Below, one piece after another: positions 43,831 to 56,195 of a DNA stretch of 64,000 nt. Under the pieces are notes generated by a model. The model was not told the DNA's origin and made no database searches. It saw nothing but the letters and a program-made list of their open reading frames with translations. The position numbers were made by a program, and so were the translations under genes. Every line of letters starts with the position of its first letter. Within the stretch, counting starts at the first letter, position 1. Source of the stretch: Octopus vulgaris (taxonomy: Eukaryota); NCBI GenBank assembly GCA_951406725.2, contig OX597823.1, positions 85,932,001 through 85,996,000 on the forward strand, given 5' to 3'.

Positions 43831-44291
43831 CATATATATAATGTACATATATACATATTTAAAATATTCTAGCTGAAAAATGAAGATGTCTCAAGGTGGA
43901 TTTCATACTTTCCGCAACTTATATACAGTAAAATAATTTCGGAGTCACTTCCAGCTCTGTTATTGTCTAATATCCATGCGTATATACACACGCAAAAACA
44001 TATTTATATATGTAATACAGATTAACATTTGTCTTTCCAATTTAGAATGGATTAGATTGTAACTTGTTCCTGGCAGCATCTTCCAAGTCGATCTTCTTTC
44101 TGCCACTGATACTTATCTGTTTCTTAAGAGGAAAAATCGTATTACACAGGCTTTCGAAATTGCAGAGATCGGAAATATCGACTAAAATGACTATAGACGT
44201 AATCAAATTTTCGCTGAAGTTAAGCAGTGGGACTTCAACAATCGGACATAGAATCACACATTAATACATATGGAAGTTTTAATATACACTC

Positions 44292-44330
<39 letters not shown>

Positions 44331-45253
44331 GTATGTATGTATGTATATGCGATGTGCTTTGTATAGTGTCACTTTTCCAAGCTCAAAAGATTATTAGCCG
44401 TTCCGGAGATGAAGCTGTTATCGAACGGCCCGTGGGTCTTCGATGAAAAATTATTGTTCCAAACGTAGATTCATCTAAATCGAAATCCATAAAGTTTCCT
44501 GCTTATTTTTGTTCATAATACAAAGCAATAATAATAATTTTTTTTTTCTTACATTCTCTTTTATTTGGTAAATTAAATGCAAGAAAATTCAGTCTATTTC
44601 TACAGGAATACGCTAATGAAAGGATTAATCACACAAATATACTGATGCCTACGAACAAGTCCCCTTCCCATTATAAATATATATATATATATAATATATA
44701 CTATATATATATATATAATATATACTATATATATTATGTGTGTGTTTATGAATGTAACGCCCATATCATATGGAAAATCCGATAGATGAGGAGTTCTCAT
44801 CAGCCACAGGGAATTTCAAATATATTCACCATAATTTTATTGTTCTTGTTTGTTTCCCACAAATTAGACAGCTGATGGAGGATCCATTTTCACTGCCCCT
44901 CCACCACGGAACTTGCTACCCCCATGTATATATATGCGTGTGTGTGTGTGTGTCTATATTTATAAGGTATATGCCTGTGAGACCGATGTTTTTAGGTAAT
45001 ATTTAGAATGCTTATACAATTGATAAATTGTAATATAGGTAAATCTGTGTGACTTAATACATATACGTATGCATGTAACCCTTTGTACGTGCATTTATAG
45101 TGTGTGTGTGTGTACACGTTTGTAGGTATGCTTGTACATGAGTATGTATATTTATTACATATCTTAGTCTGCACAAGCACATGTGAATATTTGTATGTGC
45201 ATGTATGGACATCGATATATCGTACAAAGCATATTAGAAAATTTTATGAAGGG

Positions 45254-45320
<67 letters not shown>

Positions 45321-45357
45321 AACAATTCCATCATTTCTTCTACATTCATTTATATAT

Positions 45358-45633
45358 ATATGAAAGAAAAAATGCGTTCACAATGCTGGGTGGTTGTAAA
45401 AATATATATTTATTTACATATCACATATTATTTCTTCATATTAGTGCTTTCAACTACTCCTGTAGTTTCATCCGAAATGTCTGATGAAACTACAGGAGTA
45501 GATGAAAGCGCTAATATGAAGAAATAATATGTGATATGTAAATAAATATATATTTTTACAACCATCCAGCATTCTGAACACCTTTTTTCTTTCATATGTA
45601 TTAAATCTGTACATCACCCCCAATACATCTAAT
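45358..45633. mobile_element. Fold-back element (arms about 115-120 bp) built from a hammerhead-bearing Penelope-like tail
   Basis: 45358-45472 is the near-perfect reverse complement of 45483-45597. A non-inverted copy of the same unit lies at 48529-48690. Confidence 0.85.
45477..45517 (+). ncRNA. Minimal type I hammerhead ribozyme motif
   Basis: ATGT-CTGATGA-AACTAC-AGGA-GTAGAT-GAAA-GCGC-TA-ATAT. The other two copies restore a perfect helix II AACTAC/GTAGTT; helix III is the palindrome AGCGCT. Confidence 0.75.
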
Positions 45634-45680
45634 ATATATATATATATATATATATATTACAATTCCATCATTTCAACTTC

Positions 45681-45759
<79 letters not shown>

Positions 45760-46363
45760 TATATAGCTTCCCGTTATATATAAATATATATATATAAATG
45801 ATGTATGTATGCCTTCATAACTCTACATGTGTGTTCTTGTATTTAATGTTTTGCGCTTCTGTTAAAAAAAATGACTCATATACTTTTTCAATGAGATGTT
45901 ATTCTTGCTAATATCATTAATAAGTTTCATTAAACATACCTCTTAATGAACGATGTTTTATTCATGTAAACATTGATGTTATTTATTGAATAACGCTGCC
46001 CAGATCATCTTCAGTTATCGACATAGGAATCTTTATTTTTATATTATTTTGGTTATTATGTATTATTTTACATTATATATCATCACTTTGTTTATGTTTG
46101 TTTTTGTTATATAACGTGGGGTGTATATGGTATGTGTTGAAGTTATCATTTCTTGTGAACGAATCTGGATGCACGTGTTTACAAAAACGAACATCTTAAA
46201 CATACAGCCATGCCTGGAAGACAAATATTTATCGAGTGCCCTTAATACGATTGAAAAGTCAATAATAGTTTGACATTTCCTGATCCGAGACAACCATGAA
46301 AGCGGTTCTAGGTGACCATATCACAGAACAAGTGGTCTTTCATGTCGTCCAGCATTTCTCCCT

Positions 46364-46401
<38 letters not shown>

Positions 46402-46528
46402 GGCAAACTCTTGCATATTTTGGCATAGCATATACAGGCGACATTTTGGTTTTTTCTATGCATGTATGTATGCATCTATCTATCTATCTATCTATATATA
46501 TATATATATATATATGAGTGAGCGTGCA

Positions 46529-46570
<42 letters not shown>

Positions 46571-46676
46571 TAAATTTGTGTATTTGCATGTATTCGTAAT
46601 GTACAACATATGCTTATACACACACACTTGCATATATATATATATGGACGTATTATATAATTGTGTGAGTATATAC

Positions 46677-46730
<54 letters not shown>

Positions 46731-47251
46731 TTAAATCCTTAAAAAAAATATATATATATACATGTATTTATATATTTGAGTATATACATATGTATATATA
46801 TATACATGTATACATATATGTATATATATATATTGTTTAAACTTATATAATTGCATATGTATGTATAGCTAGTATTATTTGTATATACTTATATATATAT
46901 ATTTGTTCATATATGACATATTTACATATATGTATAACTGTAGTACAGTTTTATATATTTGTATTTGTGTGTGTATAAATTTGTATCTATAAATGTGCAT
47001 GTTTTCATATACTTATCTAAACACATACCTTCTAATGCGCACAAAACGTATTTTAAAAAATTTAGTGAAGAGGATTATAAAACTAAAATGTTGAAATTAT
47101 AATCAGACATTCAGAAGCATCGTGTGTGTCGTTGGCTGTCAAGCAGATATCTCCAAATTTTCGCATATGCGATTGTATATAAATATAAACTTTTACTTCA
47201 TTCATGTTTCATATCTGTTGACTTCCTATTTGAATTAGAGATTTATATATG

Positions 47252-47293
<42 letters not shown>

Positions 47294-47309
47294 TACATAT
47301 GCATGTTTG

Positions 47310-47359
<50 letters not shown>

Positions 47360-47374
47360 TGATTGATTGATTCT

Positions 47375-47429
47375 AGTTTCAGCTTATGAGCTGTGGCCAT
47401 GCTGGGGCACCGCCATTTGCTGGGGCACC

Positions 47430-47475
<46 letters not shown>

Positions 47476-47578
47476 CATATGTATGTATATATTCATGTAT
47501 ACAGATACAGATATATAAGTTTAAATAATCAGAAAATGGAGAAAACATTAGATCAACAAACTGACAAATTTTATATAA

Positions 47579-47628
<50 letters not shown>

Positions 47629-47811
47629 ATGTATAAAGATATATATATATATAGATATAAATATATGTATATATCCATATATATTATTCAAAGAAATTCC
47701 AACTCTGTTTTTTATGTTTTATTTATATTCTTTATAATATTAATGTAGAATATAGAATGGCGGTGCCCCAGCATGGCCACAGCTCATGAGCTGAAACTAG
47801 AATCAATCAAT
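47375..47811. repeat. Pair of inverted 55-bp retroposon 3'-end fragments with (ATCA)n tails
   Basis: 47375-47418 (-) and 47758-47811 (+): ATGGCGGTGCCCCAGCATGGCCACAGCTCAT(G/A)AGCTGAAACTAGAATCAATCAAT. A third copy lies at 62604-62660. Confidence 0.8.
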
Positions 47812-47978
47812 ATAGTATAAATAATATGTATATGGTAAAATGAAATGAAGTATTGTCTTATTGAATAGATGAAATGTTGAATATAAAATATTAAGGGACT
47901 AGTATACTTTCTTGCATTAATGCAGTCTTCAAGTTCCCAGGTTGTGACAGGAGTGTTTCAACTGTGAAACACTCAAAA

Positions 47979-48018
<40 letters not shown>

Positions 48019-48143
48019 ATATGTATATATATATAAAGATATGCATGTTTGTGTATATATGTATGTATATATATTTATAAATCTAATTATGTATATATAT
48101 ATAAAGGAATGGATATATATAAACGTATGTATATATATCTATA

Positions 48144-48212
<69 letters not shown>

Positions 48213-48475
48213 GTTTTATTATTTGTTTAGCAGCATGAATGAGCAGTCTTAAATAATGTTGTAGCTAATTTTATGGACCTATGCAATTACTTTGATATCT
48301 ATTTCCAATTTTCACGCTGTCTTTCGTGTCACCGCTATATCTATGGATAAAGGCAGAGGTAGTTTTTATTAATTGTTTTTTTATTTTTAAAGATTTCAGG
48401 TCGCACTATACAAACATGTTAACATACACAACTGTGTAATGACATGCACTCGCATACATACGTAAAATACATACG

Positions 48476-48528
<53 letters not shown>

Positions 48529-48533
<5 letters not shown>

Positions 48534-48690
48534 GAAAAAATGTGTTCAGAATGCTGGATGGTTGTAAAAATATATATTTATTTACATATCACATATTATT
48601 TCTTCATATTAGCGCTTTTAACTACTACTGTAGTTTCATCAGAAATGTGTTTTTAAAGTTTTGCCTGTATTTATATTATTGGTAAATGAA
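48529..48690 (-). mobile_element. Single-arm copy of the 45.4-kb hammerhead element
   Basis: Nearly identical to 45361-45480. The hammerhead at 48605-48647 (-) reads CATTT-CTGATGA-AACTAC-AGTA-GTAGTT-AAAA-GCGC-TA-ATATG (G12>A). Confidence 0.8.
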
Positions 48691-49045
48691 GTATGTATGT
48701 ATGTATGTATATATATACATTAATATATATATATATTTAAACTTCCAAAAAGCTTTTGACTAGCTGTTTCATACGCATGTAGTTAATATTCGTCAAATGC
48801 AGTGGAACTGAACCCATCACTTCGTGGTTGAAAGCAAACGTGTTACCGCCTTAGTTTTTTCTACACCTACATATAGGCATATGTGTGTATGTCTGCGTAT
48901 TCATACAATAGATGTATTCATACAAAAGGTGCATGTATACACATGCGCACGCACACTCACACACATACACAAGTAAGACCATAGAAGCAAAACAAGATGG
49001 AAAAATAGTACTCGAATACCAAAGGCAGAGTAACATACTAGCTTG

Positions 49046-49130
49046 TTAAAACCGAACAAACTTCTTAAACTGTTAGTCAGAGTTTCACGTGACCGTTCGT
49101 CAGACAGTAGAAGTTTGTTTCGGCTTTACT
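49046..49130 (-). ncRNA. Type I hammerhead motif with extended helix I
   Basis: Reverse complement of 49070-49107 reads CTGT-CTGACGA-ACG-GTCA-CGT-GAAA-CTCTGAC-TA-ACAG. The flanks AAAGCCGAAACAAACTTCT and AGAAGTTTGTTCGGTTTT extend helix I. Confidence 0.7.
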
Positions 49131-49689
49131 AAAATACTTATATATATATATATATATGTGTGTGTGTATGTATATATGTATGTATATATGAAGCGTGGGT
49201 AATGCACATACGTTTGTAGGTAGGTTCAATCATTTCAACATACACTTTCTTTTGTTAAAACATTCGTTTGCAACTGTAATTGTTAATATTAATTTCGTTC
49301 TCATTCTTTCCATACAACTTTAATTATCTTCTTTTTTTCCCCTTACAACAGGTGATGACAAATGCTTTTATCATTCTTTCAAACATTTATATATCTATTT
49401 TATTAATTCTATAAGCACATAAATACACGCAATTATGCAACCAAACAATGCTTATTTAATACATATTGTCTATACAATGTAACATATTTCGGTACTATTT
49501 TTGACTGTGTATGTATAAATACAATTATGCTCTTTGTACACATGTGATTAATTGTACATGGCACATGAGTTTGTTTTTTATAATTAATAAGTATTGTTAA
49601 GCGAAGTATTGTTAATTTAACTCGCTAAGGAAATTCTTTAGATATAATTTTATGCTTCTAATTTGACTAATTACATGTGATTATATGTT

Positions 49690-50238
49690 ACGTGTTTCCC
49701 TCATTAGACTGTGGCCATACTGGGGCATCGGCTTGAAGAATTTTTCGGCGACTGTGTTGACCCCAGTAATTTTTTTATTATTATTTAATCGTGTTGCTTA
49801 TTGTATCGTTCTGTTTTCTCGAACTGCTAAGTTACGGGGACGTAAACACACTAACACCGGTTTTCAAGTAGTGGTGGCGGTGGTGATGGACAAACACAGG
49901 AACCAAACAGATGCACATTTTTTCCTGTCATGCTTGTATTAATTTAGTGATTCTTCTCTGGCTTAGAAGTATTTTGACTTCTATTTTTAGCGAAGCAGGT
50001 CCTTTTACGCTAGCCTAGTATCTATGAATATATATATATATATCTTATATATAATCATGAATTTTGCCTATGCGTCTTTTACGCTACCGGCCACTAAGAA
50101 TAACATCGTTCTTTAACGTATGTATGTATGTATATATGTATGTATGTATGTGCTTTTATTAAAGCTGTAAAATCTTCATAGACTGTAACTCAGAGTTTCA
50201 CGGTCCGTTCGTTGGTTAGCTGTGATGAATTCTGAATT

Positions 50239-50284
<46 letters not shown>

Positions 50285-50441
50285 AGGGTACGACAAGCTT
50301 CTTTCAGTTTCCGTCTACCAGATCCATTCACGGGACTTTGGTCGGACCGAGCCTATAGTAGAAGACATTTGCCCAAAGTTGCCACGTACTGGGACTGAAC
50401 CGAAAACCATGTGGTTTGGAAACAAGCTAAGCCACGCTTGA
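49690..50441 (-). mobile_element. SINE family A, interrupted
   Basis: 3' half at 49690-49910 and 5' half at 50290-50441, with inserted sequence between them. Confidence 0.75.
50151..50220 (-). mobile_element. Degenerate relative of the 49.07-kb hammerhead element
   Basis: Reverse complement reads CCAACGA-ACGGACCGT-GAAA-CTCTGAG-TT-ACAG; core damaged, helix III intact. Confidence 0.55.
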
Positions 50442-50519
50442 GCCTATTTATGTATCAGTAAATTCCTTAAACAAGAATTTTTTTAAGCAATGGATCATTA
50501 TTAATCGCTGTGCAGATGA

Positions 50520-50738
50520 AATTGGTGTGTGTTCAAGAAGCTCACTTTCGAATCAAGTGATTTTGGGTTCAGTTCTGGTGCGCAACACCTTGAGGAAATG
50601 TCTCCTGCTATAGCCTTATGAGTAAATTTAGTTTGCGGAAACTCTGTGAAAGCCCGTGAAATATACATATATACATGTATTTATATGTGTATATATATAT
50701 ATGTGTGTGTGTATTTGCACATATGTATATGCATAAAA

Positions 50739-50775
<37 letters not shown>

Positions 50776-50837
50776 CATAAATACATATTTGTATGTATAT
50801 ATATATATATGTTCATAAATACATATTTGTATATATG

Positions 50838-50871
<34 letters not shown>

Positions 50872-51126
50872 AGTGAGTGTTTAGGTGCATGTAGATATAT
50901 GTGTCTTTATATATCTATATTTATCTTTGTATATTTGTGTGTGTGTGCGCGCGCGCGCGCGTGTGTGTATGTATATGTGTGTGTGCTTGTGTTTGTCCCT
51001 CACCACTGATTGAAAACCGATGGAATAATAAGTCAGTCTGAATGAAGAAAAACATAAGTACATTCCAGAAAATGCCTCGAAATGGCCGCAGTCCAATGAC
51101 TGAAACATGCAAAAAAAAAATAAAAG
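50520..51126 (+). mobile_element. SINE family A, degenerate with large internal microsatellite
   Basis: GGGTTCAGTTCTGG...CACCTTGAGGAAATGTCT and tail ATGGCCGCAGTCCAATGACTGAAAC. Confidence 0.7.
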
Positions 51127-51470
51127 CTTAATAAAAGAGCATATTAAGGAAGTCAGTTAATTGTATTCTAATTGAGTGTCGATAATCTGAGTACATCTCA
51201 CGAAGTAAATGTAGCACACGTGTAGAGGCGTACTCGTTTGTCAACCAATTAGTGTATATTGCTTTTTGTTCTGATGAGGGAATATTCAGGAAGTAATATC
51301 TTAATTTAGCGTTAAATATAAAAAAAATTTGTTTCATAGTGCTCTCATTTATTTCCGGAGTATAAGGATGTTCACTATTCTTAAGGAGCGTGAGAGCTTG
51401 ACCTTCTATAATTAGAAGCCAAATGACACTTTAATCCTTTTAACTTTAGAAATAGTTACCTTTTATTTTT

Positions 51471-51866
51471 TTTATGTTTCAGTCATTAGATTACGCCCAT
51501 ACTGGGGCACAGTCTTCAAGAATTTTAGTTGAACGAATCGACGCTACTACTTATATACTTATATACTTTTTTTCTTTCAAGCTTGATACTTATTCCATCG
51601 TTTTTGCCGAACTGCTAGGTTACGGGAACGTAAGCGCGCTTACACCGGCTCTCAAGCGGTTGTGGGGTACAAACACTACACACACACATACACACACACA
51701 CACCCACACAGACTTCCTTCAGTTTCTGTCTACCAAATCCACTCACAAGGTTTTGGTTTCGACCCGAGGCTATAACAGACGAAACTTTCTCAAGTGGGGT
51801 CAGAACTGAACCCGGAACCATAAGGTTGAGAAGCAGGCTTCATATCACACAGTCACACCTGCACCT
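51471..51866 (-). mobile_element. SINE family A
   Basis: Tail, body, (CA)n and head GAACTGAACCCGGAACC. Confidence 0.8.
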
Positions 51867-51977
51867 AATTAGCCAATCTAATTTCAAATTACATCAACGT
51901 TTTCTAAAAGCGTCGCATCCGCCTCCATTGTTCTTTATATATCCAAAAATATCTTGCTCCATTTCTAATATGTCTGG

Positions 51978-52200
51978 TGAAGGCGTGTGCTTTGATGGTT
52001 AGGATGTTGCACTCACGTTTGCAAGATTCCGGTTTCAATTCCTGAACAGGATCGAGCACTGAGTACTTGAGTGAAACAACTTATTTTACGTTACTTGAGT
52101 CCACTCCCGTAGGTGAGCAACTCTGTGAGGGACTAGAATCTCGTTCAAGGGGAACATTCTAATCCCTTACATGGCATGGAAACTGGGTAAACGGTGTAGG
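51978..52200 (+). mobile_element. tRNA-derived SINE (family C-related head, different tail), degenerate
   Basis: GAAGGCGTGTG...GGTTAGGATGTTGCACTCAC...GGTTTCAATTCC (B box), TACTTGAGTGAAAC, ATGGAAACTGGGTAAAC. Confidence 0.55.
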
Positions 52201-52384
52201 AATTTTAGGAAACATAACAGTAATGTCCAAGGGACTTACTATGCACTTTCTATGATATCGGAGCTCACCGGGAGCTCATCAATAACTACTACATTTTTGC
52301 ACTAAACTAGTTACTAAACCACATTTCACTCGAACATTGCGATGCATGAATCAAAAGCTGCTAAGGGCGGCAGACATCTTACGT

Positions 52385-52422
<38 letters not shown>

Positions 52423-52652
52423 TATATACAAGTGCAATTCATTTGTTACAAGTATTATTTGTTCTATCATTATTGTTATTGCTATTATTGTTGTTATTCA
52501 TTTTATTCTTTTGTTTCCGGTTTGACTAGATGCTTTTAAAAAGACTAATCCTCAATTAGTTCTAGCTGGTACCAATTCAAGCTGTAGCTAACATGTCATG
52601 CACATAGAATACGACAGACAATGTATACATGTACGTATATGCATACATGCAT

Positions 52653-52702
<50 letters not shown>

Positions 52703-53726
52703 ACACATATATATATATATCTATGTATATTTTCTCGGAAAATGAAAATGATTTGTTTTTAATAATGGAACTCGAAGTAGATAAAGCTATTAATAATAGC
52801 ATGTAAATATTAAAGGAAAAAACCTTTGGGTACCAAATTTCGAAGGCGAAGCATCTTTCTATTTTTTCTTACATACACACACACACATAAGCTATTCTTG
52901 AAAACAAGGATATTGTTGGCAGTAACATCGATGTTTCGGCCAGCTAACCCGTCGTTGGACTGGGAGAACCCTCGGAGTCACTGTCAACAACATTCTTGTT
53001 TAAGACTAATAAATTTGTACACTACAAAAGTTGTAACCCTTCAGATTAATGTGAAATTGCTGTTATTATAACTGAATATGAACACACACCCTCACTCGCT
53101 CGCCCACAAACACACACACACACACTCAGCTGGGTGTGTCTGTAAGACTAACACCTTATTTTGACATTGAGAGTTGTACTAATCCACGAATTGTACGTCA
53201 GAGCAAAATGCCAAATATCTCTCCTTGTCAGTCGAGAGTCAGGTCCTTATACAGAAAAATACTAGTGTTTAAAAATACACAACTTTCGGCTTGTTGCGAA
53301 GCATGCAAGAGCTATTTTCAAACAACGGGTAGATATTATATAGCTTGTGATCACAGTTGATCCTGCTTTATAGAAAGAAACACATGAAGACAAACGTATG
53401 TAAATCTATTCATTAAATAGCAACATCTGATAAGAGTTGCACTAACATTGACAACATAGATGATTGCGCTTTAGTATAGTCACAGCCAACGATGAAAATG
53501 CATTTCGATATATTTTTTTTTTTCTAAATGCAACTCATCAGAACGTACGACAAAATATACAAATGTTTTTATTCAAGTACTGTGCACTGTAAGTTCAAAA
53601 TTAGCCAAGGTGAGTGTTGCCATTCGTCATTTCGCGGCTGCTAAACTAGTACAGTTCTATATTTAAGAGATGGGGAATTATGTACATTATTTACATTTGA
53701 CGGATATTTGTCCTCATCTTGTTGTT

Positions 53727-53772
53727 AACATAACGTTTCGACTGATATACCCTCCAGCCATCATCGGGTGTC
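53727..53772 (-). ncRNA. Minimal type I hammerhead motif, mutated core
   Basis: Reverse complement reads GACAC-CCGATGA-T-GGCTGG-AGGGTATA-TCAGTC-GAAA-CG-TT-ATGTT; core change U4>C. Confidence 0.65.
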
Positions 53773-54017
53773 TTGGGGAAATATCGAATCGGGGTTCTCA
53801 TTTCTAAGGTATTTTCCGATCTGATTATTATTATTATTATTATTATGGTCACTGCCTGGAATCGAACTCGGAATCTTGGGGTTAATACCTCGCGCTTTTA
53901 ACCACTACGCCATATGCCCGTGACCTGATTAATAATAATAATAATAATAATAACAACAACAACAAAAACATCCAAAAGTACCTTACGAATGAGAACCCCC
54001 GATTCGAAATTTCCCAA

Positions 54018-54063
54018 GACACCTGATGAAGGTTGGAGGGTATATCAGCTGAAACGTTGTGTT
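54018..54063 (+). ncRNA. Minimal type I hammerhead ribozyme motif
   Basis: GACAC-CTGATGA-A-GGTTGG-AGGGTATA-TCAGCT-GAAA-CG-TT-GTGTT. Helix I GACAC/GTGTT, intact core, 6-bp helix II with G.U pairs, palindromic minimal helix III (AACGTT). Confidence 0.8.
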
Positions 54064-55010
54064 AACAAATAAGATGAGGATAAATATCCGTCAAATGTAA
54101 ATAATGTAAACAAAGTTTTCAAATGATCAATTTGTTGAATTAGCTAAAAGTTTGGTTGACCAACCGAGAGAGTTGACGATTTATTTAGGCTCTGAGGTTA
54201 AATGCTCCCTATTAACAATATAAATCATGAAAGGGGTATGTTATTGTTTGGAGATCGATGATCTGTAAGCAAAATGCCAAAGTATTTTTTGGCTGAGCAC
54301 TATGCCGGCAGAGTAAGATGCGTGTTCGACATATTAGAAAAAGCTTGTGTTAATCAACATATATCATACAGCATATACATACACATACGTGAGTGTATGT
54401 ATATACGTATGTGTGTGTATGTAATAGACATATATGCATATAAATACGTATATATATATATAATGCATGTATATATATAAATGCATTTGTGCATATATAA
54501 ATCCATATGTGTACATATAAATGCATATGTGTATATATAAATGCATATGTGTGTATATATATATGCATATGTATATATGTGTATATGTATGTGTGTATAT
54601 ATATATGTATATATATATATACACGTGCATTAGCGTGTGTGTGTGCATATATATGTTTTTTATTGATAAATATACGTATATTTAAATAGATGGATGTTTT
54701 TATATATAGGTGCAAACGTGTGTATATATATATATATTTATACAAAATACTTATACACACACACACGCACGCAGACACATACACCGATTCGCAAGAATAA
54801 TTGTGTGAGCGGAAAGGATCGGACAGACTATTTAAAGGTCAGGTGCTTCCACAGACTGTGTCACGCTGACTCTGTCTGCTGTTTGCTTTCACGTTATGAA
54901 TGCCTTCGGAATATTCAACCACTTATACGAGCTTCCATTGAGTACGTTGTCCAGTTGAGCCAAAATTAATGGACGGATATCCTGACCAAGATTCCTTACA
55001 TACATGCATG

Positions 55011-55076
<66 letters not shown>

Positions 55077-55299
55077 ATATATATATTACATGTATATATG
55101 TATATATATATATATATTTACATGTATATATATATATATATATTTACACACACACACACACATATATATATTTATTTATTTATTTATTTATTTACTATTC
55201 TATACTATACATAAATGCATATATACATATGAATCTATATATATATGTATAGATATAATTATAACAAATAGATTCATACTATTTTGGTAAAATTTTGCT

Positions 55300-55640
55300 T
55301 CCGAGTTCAATTCCTCTGCTTTCCACCTTGAGCATGTGTCCTATATAGCTTCAAGCCGACCAAAGTATTGAGTAAATTTGGTGGACGGAAACTAAAAGAA
55401 ACCCATCGTGTGTATGTGTGCGTGTGTGTGTGTGTGTGTGTGTGAATGAGTGAGTTAGTGCTTGCCCCTTCACGCTTGGCAACCACTATTTGTGCGTTTA
55501 CGTTCCGTAACTTAGCGGTTCGGCAAAAGTCTCTGACAGAATAGGTATCAGACTTGAAATAATAATAGAGGTGCTGGGGTCGATTAATTCCTCTGAAATT
55601 CTTTAAGGCAGTACCCCAGCGAGCTCTCAGCTTAACTACT
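55300..55640 (+). mobile_element. SINE family A, degenerate
   Basis: GAGTTCAATTCC, GGAAACTAAAAGAAACCCATCG, (TG)n, GTAACTTAGCGGTTCGGCAAAAG. Confidence 0.75.
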
Positions 55641-55643
55641 GTG

Positions 55644-55684
<41 letters not shown>

Positions 55685-55774
55685 AAATGTATGTGTGTGT
55701 ATATGTATGTATGTGTATGTTTATGTATATGTGAGTGTGTGTATATATATAAATATATATTTATGCATATATGT

Positions 55775-55929
55775 CTGGCTATGTAGTAAGAGGCTTGCTT
55801 ACCAACCACATGGTTCTAGGTTCACTCTCACTGCGTGACACCTTGGGCAAGTGTCTTCTACTATAGCCCGATGGTGACCAAACCCTTATGAGTAGATTTG
55901 GTAAAAGGAAAATGAAAGAAGCCTGTCGT

Positions 55930-55973
<44 letters not shown>

Positions 55974-56195
55974 TGTGTGTGAGTTTGTGTCTCTGTGTTT
56001 GTCCCCCCCCCCATCGCTTGACAACCGATGCTGGTGTGTTCAGGTCCCCGTATCTTAGCTGTTCGGCAAAAGAGACCGATAGAATAAGTACTAGGCTTAC
56101 AAAGAATAAGTCCTTGCGTCGATTTACTCGACTAAGGGCGGTGCCCCAGCATGGCCGCAGTCAAATGACTGAAACAAATAAAAATTAAAGAATAA
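55775..56195 (+). mobile_element. SINE family A, full length
   Basis: Complete from head to tail GGCGGTGCCCCAGCATGGCCGCAGTCAAATGACTGAAACAAAT. Confidence 0.92.

Larger units (their letters stand above)
53650..54110 (-). mobile_element. tRNA-headed, hammerhead-bearing non-autonomous retroelement with inverted arms (Penelope/retrozyme-like)
   Basis: tRNA-like unit at 53847-53925 (-) with A box TGGCGTAGTGG and B box GAGTTCGATTCC. It is flanked by (AAT)n spacers and inverted arms (about 53683-53852 and 53920-54108), each containing a type I hammerhead motif. Confidence 0.8.

Noticed and set aside
44750-44810. CUGAUGA followed by a long imperfect stem on the minus strand
   Set aside because: No GAAA follows the stem; too degenerate to call.
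51266-51300. CTGATGAGGGAATATTCAGGAAG hammerhead-like word
   Set aside because: Helix II has no viable loop, GAAA is absent, and there is no helix I partner.
53847-53925. Functional tRNA gene
   Set aside because: It has A/B boxes but an irregular anticodon arm, and the apparent acceptor stem GGTCAC/GTGACC comes from the element's inverted repeat; treated as a SINE-type head.
56138-56180. Hammerhead in the SINE A tail (AGUCA-AA-UGACU-GAAAC)
   Set aside because: A stem followed by GAAAC is present, but no CUGANGA-like core lies upstream; better explained as a LINE-type 3' stem-loop.
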